Source of the DNA: Planctomycetota bacterium | GTDB lineage: Bacteria; Planctomycetota; B15-G4; JADJEK01 | DNA length: 64,000 bases | Reading direction: 5' to 3' | Assembly: GCA_016213895.1 (NCBI GenBank) | Contig: JACQZJ010000009.1 | Span: 10,246-74,245, forward strand | Shown here: one piece after another, positions 27,562-36,179 of the stretch | Position numbering within the stretch: position 1 is the stretch's first letter | Layout of the letters: each line of letters opens with the position of its first letter | Translations under genes and position numbers: made by a program | Notes under the pieces: generated by a model | The model's database searches: none | Told to the model about the DNA's origin: nothing | The model's input: only the letters and a program-made list of their open reading frames with translations

Positions 27562-29088
27562 ATGACGATCCTCGACCGCCTGCGCCGCGCCGCGGCCACG
27601 CGCCCGGCGCGCGGCGGGCTCAGCGCCGGCGGCCGCAGGCATTCCTTCGCCGACCTCGACGCCGCCTCCAACGCGGCGGCGCGCGTGCTGCGCGCCCGCG
27701 GCGTCGCCGCCGGCGCGCGCGTCCTCCTCTACGCCGGCTCCTCCCTGGAGTTCGTGCTCGCCTACCTCGGAGCGCTCAAGCTCGGCGCGGTCTGCGTGCC
27801 GGCCAATCCCGCCTATCAGCGCGCCGAGCTGGCCTGGATCCTGGCGGACGCGGAGCCGCTGGTCGTGGTCGGCGAGCGCGCGGGCCTGGAGCGCGTGCGC
27901 GCCCTGGGCGCGCCGAGCGTGCGCGCCCTCCTCGAGATCGACGCGGCCGCGGCGGCGCCCTGCCCGAGCGCCGCGCCCGCCGGCCCGCCCAGCGAGCCCT
28001 TCCTGCGCGCCGTGCAGGCCGCCTCGACGCGCCGCCTGCCGGCCAGCACCGCCCCGGACGACCTGGCGCTCATCGTCTACACCTCCGGCACGACGGGCCG
28101 CGCCAAGGGGGCGATGCTCCGCCACGCCAACCTCGAGGCGAACAGCGACGCGCTCTGCGCCGCCTGGCGCTGGACGGCGGACGACCGCCTGGTCCACGCC
28201 CTGCCCCTCTTCCACGTGCACGGCCTGTGCGTAGGGCTGCACGGCGCGCTCGCCAGCGCCTGCGAGACCCTCCTGCTGCCGCGCTTCGAGGCCGCGGCCG
28301 TGCTCGCCGCGCTCGCCTGCGAGCGCGCCACCCTCTTCCTCGGCGTGCCGACCATGTATGCCCGCTTCTTGGAATGCGCCGGCGCCGCGCCTCCCGCCTT
28401 GCCCGCCATGCGCCTCTTCGTCTGTGGATCGGCTCCGCTGGCGCCGTTGCTGGCGCGGCGCTTTCGCGCCGCGTTCGGCCACGAGATCCTCGAGCGCTAC
28501 GGCATGACCGAGACCCTGATCACGCTGGCGCAGCCCCTCGACGGCCCGCGCCGGCCCGGCACCGTGGGCCTGCCCGTGGCCGGCGTGGAGGTCCGCATCG
28601 CCGGCGCCGCGGGGCAGGACGCGGCCGAGGGCGAGGAAGGCGAACTGCTCGTGCGCGGGCCGTGCGTCGGTCCGGGCTATTGGCGCGACACGGCGGCCAC
28701 CGGGGCGGCGTTCGCCGCTGGCTGGTTCCGCACCGGCGACCTGGCGCGCCGCGACGCGCGCGACGGGCTGATCTCGATCGTCGGCCGCGCGCGCGAGCTG
28801 ATCATCAGCGGCGCCTTCAAGGTCCATCCGCGCGAGGTCGAGGAGGCCCTGGCGGAGCATCCGGACGTGGTCGAGGCCGCCGTCTTCGGCCTGCCGGACG
28901 CCGACCTGGGCGAGGCGGTGGCAGCCGCGGTCGTGCTGCGGCCGGGCGCGCCGCGAGACGCCGGCGCGCTGACCGCCTTCTGCCGCGAGCGCCTGGCTTC
29001 CTACAAGAAGCCGCGCAGCATCCGCTTCGTCGCCAGCCTGCCGCGCAACGCCATGGGCAAGGTCCTCAAGGACCGGCTGGCGCGTTGA
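27562..29088 (+). CDS. AMP-dependent synthetase/ligase (acyl- or malonyl-CoA synthetase-like)
   Basis: IVYTSGTTGRAKGAML is the AMP-binding motif I. YGMTE, WFRTGDLARRD and the terminal PRNAMGKVLK are typical of adenylate-forming enzymes. Confidence 0.85.
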   Translation: MTILDRLRRAAATRPARGGLSAGGRRHSFADLDAASNAAARVLRARGVAAGARVLLYAGSSLEFVLAYLGALKLGAVCVPANPAYQRAELAWILADAEPLVVVGERAGLERVRALGAPSVRALLEIDAAAAAPCPSAAPAGPPSEPFLRAVQAASTRRLPASTAPDDLALIVYTSGTTGRAKGAMLRHANLEANSDALCAAWRWTADDRLVHALPLFHVHGLCVGLHGALASACETLLLPRFEAAAVLAALACERATLFLGVPTMYARFLECAGAAPPALPAMRLFVCGSAPLAPLLARRFRAAFGHEILERYGMTETLITLAQPLDGPRRPGTVGLPVAGVEVRIAGAAGQDAAEGEEGELLVRGPCVGPGYWRDTAATGAAFAAGWFRTGDLARRDARDGLISIVGRARELIISGAFKVHPREVEEALAEHPDVVEAAVFGLPDADLGEAVAAAVVLRPGAPRDAGALTAFCRERLASYKKPRSIRFVASLPRNAMGKVLKDRLAR

Positions 29089-29093
29089 CGGCT

Positions 29094-30425
29094 TCAGGCC
29101 TCCGGCCGCCGCCGGTCGCGGAAGTGGATGCGCAGCGGCACCTCGTTGAACGGCAGCTGCTCGCGCAGGCGGTTGGCGAGATAGCGCGCGTACTCGTCGC
29201 CGAACAGCTTGCGGTCGTTCACGAAGACGATGATCGTGGGCGGGCGCACCGCGGTCTGCGTGACGTAGAGGATCTTCGGCACCCGGCTCTTCTTCACGCG
29301 CGGGAAGCGGCGCGTCTCCGCCTCCTCGATGATGCGGTTGAGGGGGCCGGTCGGCGCGCGGTACCCCGCCTGGGCATACACCGCCGCCACCGCGTCCAGG
29401 GCGGCGTCGACGTTGAAATCCTCGACGGCCGAGAGGAAGACGACGGGCGCGAAGTCCAGCATCGGCAGCTGCTGCGCCAGGTAGGCCCGGTAGTCCTCCG
29501 GGATCTTGCCCGCGTCCCGCGCCAGGTCCCACTTGGTCACGCCGATCACCACCGGCTTGCCGCTCCGTCCCACCTCGCTCGCGATCCCCTTGTCGATCTG
29601 TGAGAACTTGCGCGCCGCGTCGATCAGCAGGAGCACGACGTCGGAGCGGCGGATCGCCTCGCTGGCGCGCGCCTGGGCGTAGAAGTCGGCGGTGCCCTCC
29701 ACGACGCGGCGTTTGCGGATGCCGGCGGTGTCCACCGCGATGAAGCGGCGCCCGCCGCGCGCGAAGGGCACGTCCACCGCGTCGCGCGTCGTTCCCGGCA
29801 TCTCCGAGACGATGACGCGCTGCTCCCCCACTAGCAGGTTCACCAGCGTCGACTTGCCGGAGTTGACCTTGCCGACCACGGCCAGGCGGATGGGGGCGTC
29901 GCCCTCCTCGTGCTGCGGCTCCTCGCGGCAGGGCAGGCGCTCGAGGATGTCCTCGACCAGGGCCTCGACGCCGAAGCGCTCGAGCGCGGACACGGCGCGC
30001 GGCTCGCCCAGCCCCAGGGAGTAGAACGGCCCGAGCACGCGCTCGTTCGCCGCGCCGTCGCACTTGTTCACGACCAGCAGGATCGGCTTGCCGAGGATGC
30101 GCAGCTCGCGCGCGATGGCCTCGTCGGCGGGCAGCACACCGTCCCGCACGTCCACCACCAGCAGGACCAGGTCGGCGCTGCAGAGCGCCGCCTCGATCTG
30201 GCTCTCGACCTCGTCCTTGAGCGCGACGTCGTCGAACAGGCCGATGCCGCCGGTGTCCACCAGCAGGAAGGCGCCGCTGGTGCGCTCCACGCGCGCCGCG
30301 ACGCGGTCGCGCGTCACGCCCGCGGTCGGGTCGACGATGGCCACCCGCCTCCGGAGCATGGCGTTGAAGAGCGACGACTTGCCCACGTTGGGGCGCCCGC
30401 AGATGACGGCGACCGGCTCGTTCAT
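29094..30425 (-). CDS. der: Ribosome-associated GTPase Der (EngA)
   Basis: Two tandem G domains (GRPNVGKSSLFN..DTGG and GKVNSGKSTLVN..DTAG) plus a KH-like C-terminus. ATGA overlap with the upstream gene. Confidence 0.9.
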   Translation of the reverse strand: MNEPVAVICGRPNVGKSSLFNAMLRRRVAIVDPTAGVTRDRVAARVERTSGAFLLVDTGGIGLFDDVALKDEVESQIEAALCSADLVLLVVDVRDGVLPADEAIARELRILGKPILLVVNKCDGAANERVLGPFYSLGLGEPRAVSALERFGVEALVEDILERLPCREEPQHEEGDAPIRLAVVGKVNSGKSTLVNLLVGEQRVIVSEMPGTTRDAVDVPFARGGRRFIAVDTAGIRKRRVVEGTADFYAQARASEAIRRSDVVLLLIDAARKFSQIDKGIASEVGRSGKPVVIGVTKWDLARDAGKIPEDYRAYLAQQLPMLDFAPVVFLSAVEDFNVDAALDAVAAVYAQAGYRAPTGPLNRIIEEAETRRFPRVKKSRVPKILYVTQTAVRPPTIIVFVNDRKLFGDEYARYLANRLREQLPFNEVPLRIHFRDRRRPEA

Positions 30426-31134
30426 GGCGCCCCCAGGATCTTGTGGACCTGCGGCAGAACGCGCACGTCGGCGAGGCCGGCCGCGGAGGCCTCGGCCGCC
30501 AGAGCGAAAAGACGCGCGAAGTCGGGCCGGCAGCGGCCGCGGCGGTCGGTCTCCGGCTGCACGATGAACGGGATGGCCGGGGCGACCGCGGCCACCAGGT
30601 GCGCCGCCTCGCGCCACTCCGCCGCGTCGACCTGTTCGTTGACCACGACCTTGACGTACACCACGCGCGCCAGCGCGATCTCCAGAAAGCGCCGGTGCAG
30701 GTCGAAGCAGGGTGCGATCCTCGCCACCGACGGCAGCTTCAGGTCCATCGACACCACGCTCACCCGGTCGATCACGCCGGCCAGGGCCTCCGGCAGGGTG
30801 CCCGCGGTCTCGAGCAGCACGGGCAGGCTCAGGCGCGGCAGCAGCGCCGCGAGAAACGCCTCCTGCTCGAGCGGCTCCCCGCCCGTGATGGCAACGGCGT
30901 GGAACGGACCGCAGCGCGCCGCGAGGTCCGCGATCACCTGCGCCGCCCGTGGCGGAGGCAGCGGGTTGGCGAGGGTCTGGGAGACGCCGCCGGGCGCGCG
31001 CACCGAGCACGCCGGCAGCCGGACAGGCGCACGAAGAGGTGCCTGCGGCCGGCGTGGATCCCCTCGCCCTGGAAGGAGGGGAAGATCTCGTCTAGCCAGC
31101 CGGCCGCTGGATCCACCGCGTCGTTGGGCGCCAT
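30422..31134 (-). pseudogene. queE: 7-carboxy-7-deazaguanine synthase (QueE)-like radical-SAM gene, apparently frameshifted
   Basis: The N-terminal MAPNDAVDPAAGWLDEIFPSFQGEGIHAGRRHLFVRLSGC (from ATG 31134) is in one frame and stops at 30934. The rest (..AVAITGGEPL..VSMDLKLPS..VKVVV..) is in the frame ending at 30422. The switch lies near 31000-31015. Confidence 0.55.
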
Positions 31135-31202
31135 GACCGCCAAACCTAACCAAAAAGGGCGCGCCGCCGTCCCGCCAGGCGCCGCAAGGCGGCGCGCGCG
31201 GA

Positions 31203-32321
31203 TCAGGGCCGCCGCGGCCCGCGCCGGCCCTGTTCCCGCAGCAGCGCCAGCCCGCGCTCGAGCACGTCGTCGCGCGCCGCGAAGGACAGGCGGAAATGGG
31301 TGTCGTGCCGGGAGAACGCGGTTCCGGGAACGACCAGGACCTTGTCCTGGAGAGCGCGCTTGACGAAGTCCGCGCCCGCGATGCCGTCCGGCAGCCTCGG
31401 GTAGGCGTAGAACGAGCCTTCCGGAGGGATGAGGTCGTAGACGTCCCCGAGCATCGAGACCACCAGGTCGCGCTTGCCCCGGTACGCCTTGACCTGGTCC
31501 GAGCAGTCGTTCTCCAGGGCGTAGAGCGCCGCCTTCTGCGCCGGCGTGTTGGCGCAGACGAACGTGAACTGCTGCAGCGTCTTCATGGCTTCCAGCGCCT
31601 CGGGCGGGCCCACGGCGTAGCCGATGCGCCAGCCCGGCATGCCGTAGGTCTTCGAGAACCCGGAGAGCAGGATGGTCTTCTCGTGGAACTCCGAGACGCT
31701 GTGGTACTCGACCTCGTAGACGAAGGCGTCGTAGATCTCGTCGCTGATGACCCACAGGCCGTGGGCGCGCGCGAAGTCCGCCACCATGCGCAGCTCGGCG
31801 CCGCTGAACACGCGCCCGGTCGGGTTGGCGGGTGAGTTCAGCAGGATCGCCTTGGTGCGGGCGGTGACCAGGTGCTCCAAGACCTCGCGCCGGATGCGGA
31901 AATCCGGGTGCGTGTCGTAGCAGAGCGCGGTCGCGCCCAGGAGGTCGGCGAGCACCTTGTACATGATGAAGTAGGGGTCGGGGATCAGGATCTCGTCGCC
32001 CGGGTCGAGCAGGACCAGGTAGGAGAGCAGGAGCCCGCCGGAGACGCCCGCCGTGATGAGGCTGGCGCCTGGAGCGAACCCATGGCGCTCGCGCACGTAC
32101 GCCATCACGCGCTCGTTCAGCTCGGGGATGCCCTGGGTCACCGTGTACTTGTTGAAGCCCTCCCGGATCGCGCGGACGGCGGCCTCCTTGACCTCCTCCG
32201 GCACGTCGAAGTCCGCCTGCCCGATCGAGAAGTCGATCGGGTCCTTCATGGCGGCGACGAGCTCGAAGATCTTGCGGATACCGCTGGGCTGGATGCGTCT
32301 GGTTCTGTCAGCGAGCATCAT
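31203..32321 (-). CDS. Pyridoxal-phosphate-dependent aminotransferase, class I/II (aspartate aminotransferase-like)
   Basis: IQPSGIRKIFEL.., NSPANPTG and SGFSKTYGMPGWRIGY (PLP-lysine motif). Start at the MMLADR ATG 32321. Confidence 0.85.
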   Translation of the reverse strand: MMLADRTRRIQPSGIRKIFELVAAMKDPIDFSIGQADFDVPEEVKEAAVRAIREGFNKYTVTQGIPELNERVMAYVRERHGFAPGASLITAGVSGGLLLSYLVLLDPGDEILIPDPYFIMYKVLADLLGATALCYDTHPDFRIRREVLEHLVTARTKAILLNSPANPTGRVFSGAELRMVADFARAHGLWVISDEIYDAFVYEVEYHSVSEFHEKTILLSGFSKTYGMPGWRIGYAVGPPEALEAMKTLQQFTFVCANTPAQKAALYALENDCSDQVKAYRGKRDLVVSMLGDVYDLIPPEGSFYAYPRLPDGIAGADFVKRALQDKVLVVPGTAFSRHDTHFRLSFAARDDVLERGLALLREQGRRGPRRP

Positions 32322-32481
32322 GCACCGCCATTCGGCGGCCCGGGCGCTGGGCCGCTGCTGGATTCGCCTGGCCAGAAAGGCCGCCTCCGGCGCCGCCTGC
32401 CCGCGGCCGGTCTCGTCGCGCGAACTCGCTCGAGCAGCGGAGGTCCTGCACCGTGCTTCCGGAGGGATCGGAGCCAAACAG

Positions 32482-32498
32482 CCCTGGCCGCGCCAGGG
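32482..32498 (-). terminator. Candidate intrinsic terminator hairpin after the small basic protein gene
   Basis: CCCTGGC-cgc-GCCAGGG lies immediately 3' of the TAG (32499-32501). On the minus strand it is followed by CTGTTTGG. Confidence 0.35.
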
Positions 32499-32783
32499 CT
32501 ACTCCTTCTTCCTGTCCTTCTTGTCCTTCTTGTCCTTCTTCTCAGGCTTCTCCTGCGCCTCCGCGGCCACGGCCGGGACAGCCGCGGCCTCCTCGGGCTT
32601 GGGCGCAGCCTTCTTCTTGGCCGCGACCTTGAATCTGGTGCGGACCTTCGGCAGGCCGAAGACGGAGTCCCCGGCCTCGCGGCGCCCGTCCTTGGCCAGG
32701 ATCTCCAGGCGCTCGATGCGGCGGAACACGTTGCGCGAACGGACCAGCGTGTTCTTCAGCCTGAGACTCGTGTGAATGGACAT
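32499..32783 (-). CDS. Small basic protein (94 aa)
   Basis: MSIHTSLRLKNTLVRSRNVFRRIERLEILAKDGRREAGDSVFGLPKV followed by a Lys-rich tail (KKDKKDKKDRKKE). From memory this resembles the 'small basic protein' family of PVC-group bacteria. Confidence 0.65.
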   Translation of the reverse strand: MSIHTSLRLKNTLVRSRNVFRRIERLEILAKDGRREAGDSVFGLPKVRTRFKVAAKKKAAPKPEEAAAVPAVAAEAQEKPEKKDKKDKKDRKKE

Positions 32784-32803
32784 TCTCTTGCTCCGTGTCG
32801 ACT

Positions 32804-33475
32804 TCAGTTGCCGGACCGCGCCGCCTTCCTGGGGTCGGCCGGATGCATCTTGATCATCGCCGTGGCGAAGGGGCGCTTGCCCCCCATCGGGTAGTCGTCG
32901 ATCGCGCGCAGGCGCGCCTCGAGCTGCAGCAGAGCCGGATCGTCCCGCCGCTCGAACACGCCGGCGTAGACCTCGATCATCCCGGTGGTGGGATCCTTCC
33001 ACGGCAGAATGAGCTTGTCCTCGATCTGGTAGCGCTCTCGCAGGATCCGCTTCAGGTCGCCGATCTGCTTCTCTTGTGCCTTGTCATACGTGATGAGGAG
33101 CACGCCGTACGGAAACGACGACTCCTCGGGCGGAGCGTTCCCGGCGGCCTCGTCCGGGCGCGCGGCGCCCTCCTCGATCTGCCGTCCCTTGGCCAGGGCG
33201 GCGCTGCCCACCGCGTCGTGCTCCGCATCTCGGCCGCGGGAGTGGCCATACATGTACGCCGCCCCCATCAGGACGATCCAGACGAAGAGCACGACCAGCC
33301 CCCCGGGAAGGGTCAGGCGCAGCTCGAAGTCCGCGAACGGACTCTGCCCCGCCGCCTTGGGAGGCGGCGGCTCGGGCCGTTTCTCGGCTCGTTCAGCCGC
33401 GGGCGGCATATGCTCGCCGAGAGGACGACCACTCGCCTTGAACACCTCCAGAGGGTGCTTCTTGTGGCCGCTCAT
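32804..33475 (-). CDS. Hypothetical single-pass membrane protein, possible SPOR-like C-terminal domain
   Basis: ATG 33475 (MSGHKKHPLEVF). TM helix GGLVVLFVWIVLMGAAYMY. The C-terminal YGVLLITYDKAQEKQIGDLKRIL..IEVYAGVFERRDDPALLQLEARLRAI is SPOR-like by eye. Confidence 0.45.
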   Translation of the reverse strand: MSGHKKHPLEVFKASGRPLGEHMPPAAERAEKRPEPPPPKAAGQSPFADFELRLTLPGGLVVLFVWIVLMGAAYMYGHSRGRDAEHDAVGSAALAKGRQIEEGAARPDEAAGNAPPEESSFPYGVLLITYDKAQEKQIGDLKRILRERYQIEDKLILPWKDPTTGMIEVYAGVFERRDDPALLQLEARLRAIDDYPMGGKRPFATAMIKMHPADPRKAARSGN

Positions 33476-33526
33476 GGTAACCCCTGCCGCGAGACGCACC
33501 GGCCGGCCGCTGGAAAAGCGCATGAT

Positions 33527-34519
33527 TCAAGCGTCTCGCGCTCCCCGTTTCAAGGCAGAACGCCGGTGGCGCACGGCGCGGATCCCGAGACGGATCGCCG
33601 CAAGCAGGGAAGACTCGCTCGCAATCCCTTTGCCCGCAATATCGTAGGCGGTTCCGTGGTCCGGCGACGTGCGGATAAAAGGCAAGCCGAGCGTCACGTT
33701 CACGCCACGGCCGAAAGAGAGGAGCTTCACCGGCACGAGGCCCTGGTCGTGGTACATGGCCAGGACCGCGTCGAACTCGCCGGCGCGATGCTTCGGAAAG
33801 AGGGTGTCGGCCGGAAGCGGTCCGGCGACGAGCAGCCCCTCCGCGCGCGCCTGGGCGAGCGCGGGCGCGAGCACGGTCTGCTCCTCGGATCCGAACAGCC
33901 CCGCTTCTCCGGCGTGGGGATTCAGCCCGGCCACGGCGATGCGCGGAGCGCGAAGGCCGAAGTCCTGGCGCAAGGAAGAGGCCAGCAGGCGCAGGTCGGC
34001 GGCGATCTCCTCGGTCCTGAGCCGAGTCGCCACCTCGGCGAGCGGGACGTGGCGCGTGGCCAGAGCCACCCTCAGGCCTCCGCCCACGAAGAGCATGACG
34101 CCGCGCGCAGCCCCCGAGCGCTCGATCAGGGCCTCGGTCTGGCCAGGCCACGAGCGGCCGGCGAGGCGCAGCGCCTCCTTCGACACGGGCGCGGTGACGA
34201 CGAGGTCGACCTCACCCGCCAGGGCGAGATCGATGGCGCGCAGCAGGGCCGCGGCGGCCGCAGCGCCCGAGGCCGCGCTCGGCCGGCCCGCGGGCTCCCG
34301 CGCCGCGTAAAACGCCCCGGCGGCCTCCACGCGCTCGAGATCCTCCGCGCTTGCGCCGGCCGCGGCGAAGACGCGCGCGTCGCCCACGAGCCTCAGCCGC
34401 AACCCCGCCCTCTCGGCGGCGGCGAGCGCGCGCAGCGCCTTGACGGCGATCTCCGGGCCGATGCCGGCCGGATCGCCGCAGGTCAGGGCCAGGCCGATCG
34501 TGGCGCCTCTGGCCTTCAC
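33527..34519 (-). CDS. pdxA: 4-hydroxythreonine-4-phosphate dehydrogenase
   Basis: LTCGDPAGIGPEI, GLNPHAGEAG and SPDHGTAYDIAGKG motifs. GTG 34519 overlaps the upstream TGA (GTGA). The track start at 34576 would overlap the upstream gene by 61 nt. Confidence 0.85.
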   Translation of the reverse strand: MKARGATIGLALTCGDPAGIGPEIAVKALRALAAAERAGLRLRLVGDARVFAAAGASAEDLERVEAAGAFYAAREPAGRPSAASGAAAAAALLRAIDLALAGEVDLVVTAPVSKEALRLAGRSWPGQTEALIERSGAARGVMLFVGGGLRVALATRHVPLAEVATRLRTEEIAADLRLLASSLRQDFGLRAPRIAVAGLNPHAGEAGLFGSEEQTVLAPALAQARAEGLLVAGPLPADTLFPKHRAGEFDAVLAMYHDQGLVPVKLLSFGRGVNVTLGLPFIRTSPDHGTAYDIAGKGIASESSLLAAIRLGIRAVRHRRSALKRGARDA

Positions 34520-35727
34520 CGCAGGATCTCGCGGCGCCAGAGCGCCTCCAGCTCCTCCAGGTCGCTGCCGCAGCAACGCCTCAGGGAGGCGTCGACGTCG
34601 TCGCCACGGCCCAGACCCTGCAGCAGGGAACGCAGCGCGCCCAGCCCGAAGCGCTCGCGCAAGAAGGCGACGAAGGAGCGCGCCGCCGCGTACTGCACCT
34701 GGACGACGACCGCGTCCTCCTGAGCGGCGAGGGACTTGGGCAGCGACGCGAAGCTCTGCGCCTCATGCCCGCTCGCGGCCAGCAGGCGGATCTGCCGGTG
34801 CGAGTCCCGGCCGCCCTCCTCGAACCACTCCGCGATCCCCTCGTTCAACCAGATCGGACAGCTCGGCGCCAGGTCGGCGATGACCCGGTGGGTGTACTCG
34901 TGGCGCGCCGTCCTGCCCAGGCTCTCCTGCTGGCGCTCGAAGTCGTTGAGCGGCAGGCGGATCTTGCCGTCGTACAGGCCTCCCACCCAGCTGTGCGCGC
35001 CGGTCGCCTTGCGGAAGTCGGCCGCGCTGTAGAGCAGCACGGTGGTCCGCTCGCGCGGGAAGTGCCCCAGGTCGGAGCCGACGCGCGCGCGTGCGTCGTC
35101 CAGGATGCCGAGGACGCGGTCGGCCAGGGCGTGGTTGGCCGCGGTTTCCATGAACTTGAGGGTGAAGTCGTTGCAGGAGCGGTCCACGAAGTCGCCGGAC
35201 ACGGCGAACTCGCGGCGCGCCCGCTCGAGCTGCTCGAGCGCCCAGTCGTCCGGCGCCAGCTCGAGCCGCGCCTCGAACGCCTCCACCGCGGACGCCAGCT
35301 CGTCCTTGCTGTAGTGCAGGAAGCCGAGGAAGTCGTATACCTTCGGCTCCTCGGGAAAGCGCGTGCGCGCGTCCCTGAGCACGACCTCGGCGCGGGCGAA
35401 GTCGCGAGCCAGGAGGTGGGCGTAGCCCAGGTTCACCCAGAAGAGCGGCACGTCGCCGGCGCCGCGGATCGCCGCCTCGAAATCGACGACGGCCGCGCCG
35501 AAGCGCGCCTCGCGCAGGTGGAAGAGCCCGCGGTTGTTCTGCGCCACGGCCAGGTTCTTGACGATCACCGCGTCGCCGCCGGCCTTCACGGCCTGCTCGA
35601 GCAGCGCCACGGCCTGGTCGTACTCCCCGCGCTCGAGCAGGGCGAGCGCCTGCTCGTTCAAGCGGAACGGCGTCGCCGCGCCTTCCGCCGGCGCCAGCGC
35701 CAGCAGCAACAGCAGGAAGAGGCTCAT
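34516..35727 (-). CDS. Secreted TPR + MA-clan metallopeptidase-like protein
   Basis: Signal peptide MSLFLLLLLALAPAEGA. N-terminal TPRs. HEYTHRV (HExxH) followed by NEGIAEWFE. ATGA overlap with the upstream gene. Confidence 0.6.
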   Translation of the reverse strand: MSLFLLLLLALAPAEGAATPFRLNEQALALLERGEYDQAVALLEQAVKAGGDAVIVKNLAVAQNNRGLFHLREARFGAAVVDFEAAIRGAGDVPLFWVNLGYAHLLARDFARAEVVLRDARTRFPEEPKVYDFLGFLHYSKDELASAVEAFEARLELAPDDWALEQLERARREFAVSGDFVDRSCNDFTLKFMETAANHALADRVLGILDDARARVGSDLGHFPRERTTVLLYSAADFRKATGAHSWVGGLYDGKIRLPLNDFERQQESLGRTARHEYTHRVIADLAPSCPIWLNEGIAEWFEEGGRDSHRQIRLLAASGHEAQSFASLPKSLAAQEDAVVVQVQYAAARSFVAFLRERFGLGALRSLLQGLGRGDDVDASLRRCCGSDLEELEALWRREILR

Positions 35728-36179
35728 CCGATCGCTCCTCGCGCGCGCGGCGGCCGGCGGATCATCTCCACGAAGCGGCCGTACTCGTACGAGATGCCGT
35801 GCTCCTCGTGGATGCGCGCCACCCGGTCATGATAGCGCGCGGCCAGCTCGTGCATCCTTTCGGCGAAGTCCGGGTCGCAGAAGTAGACCCGGCAGCCGAG
35901 CGGGCGCCCCGCGCGCAACAGACACCTGTCCTGGACGTGGAAGGGGCAGGCCGAGGGAGCGGCCGGCGCGGGCGCCGCGCCGCCGTTCCTGCGCGCGTGC
36001 TCGACCTCGAGAGAAGTGGCGAAGAGGACGTGCGCGGCGCTGGCGAAGTCGCAGCACGCGCCGCGCAGCGCGCAGCGCACTCCCGCCCGCTCGATCTCGA
36101 GCGCGAGTTCGGCGTACAGGGCGCGCAGGTCGGCGAGCGCCCGCTCCAGGGAATCGTCCCCGTCGCCGCTCCCCGTCAT
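35724..36179 (-). CDS. YkgJ-family cysteine-cluster protein
   Basis: Cys-rich pattern RCALRGACCDF..CPFH..RCLL..GCRVYFCDP, typical of the zinc/iron-chelating CxxCxxCC family. ATGA overlap with the kinase gene. Confidence 0.55.
   Translation of the reverse strand: MTGSGDGDDSLERALADLRALYAELALEIERAGVRCALRGACCDFASAAHVLFATSLEVEHARRNGGAAPAPAAPSACPFHVQDRCLLRAGRPLGCRVYFCDPDFAERMHELAARYHDRVARIHEEHGISYEYGRFVEMIRRPPRARGAIG

Noticed and set aside
30935-31153. N-terminal 70 aa of track ORF 30422-31153 (MVRFGGHGAQRRGG...) as the genuine start of the queE-like protein.
   Set aside because: It is Arg/Gly/Pro-rich with no QueE similarity. The conserved EIFxSxQGEG..RLSGC N-terminus is encoded in another frame over the same bases.
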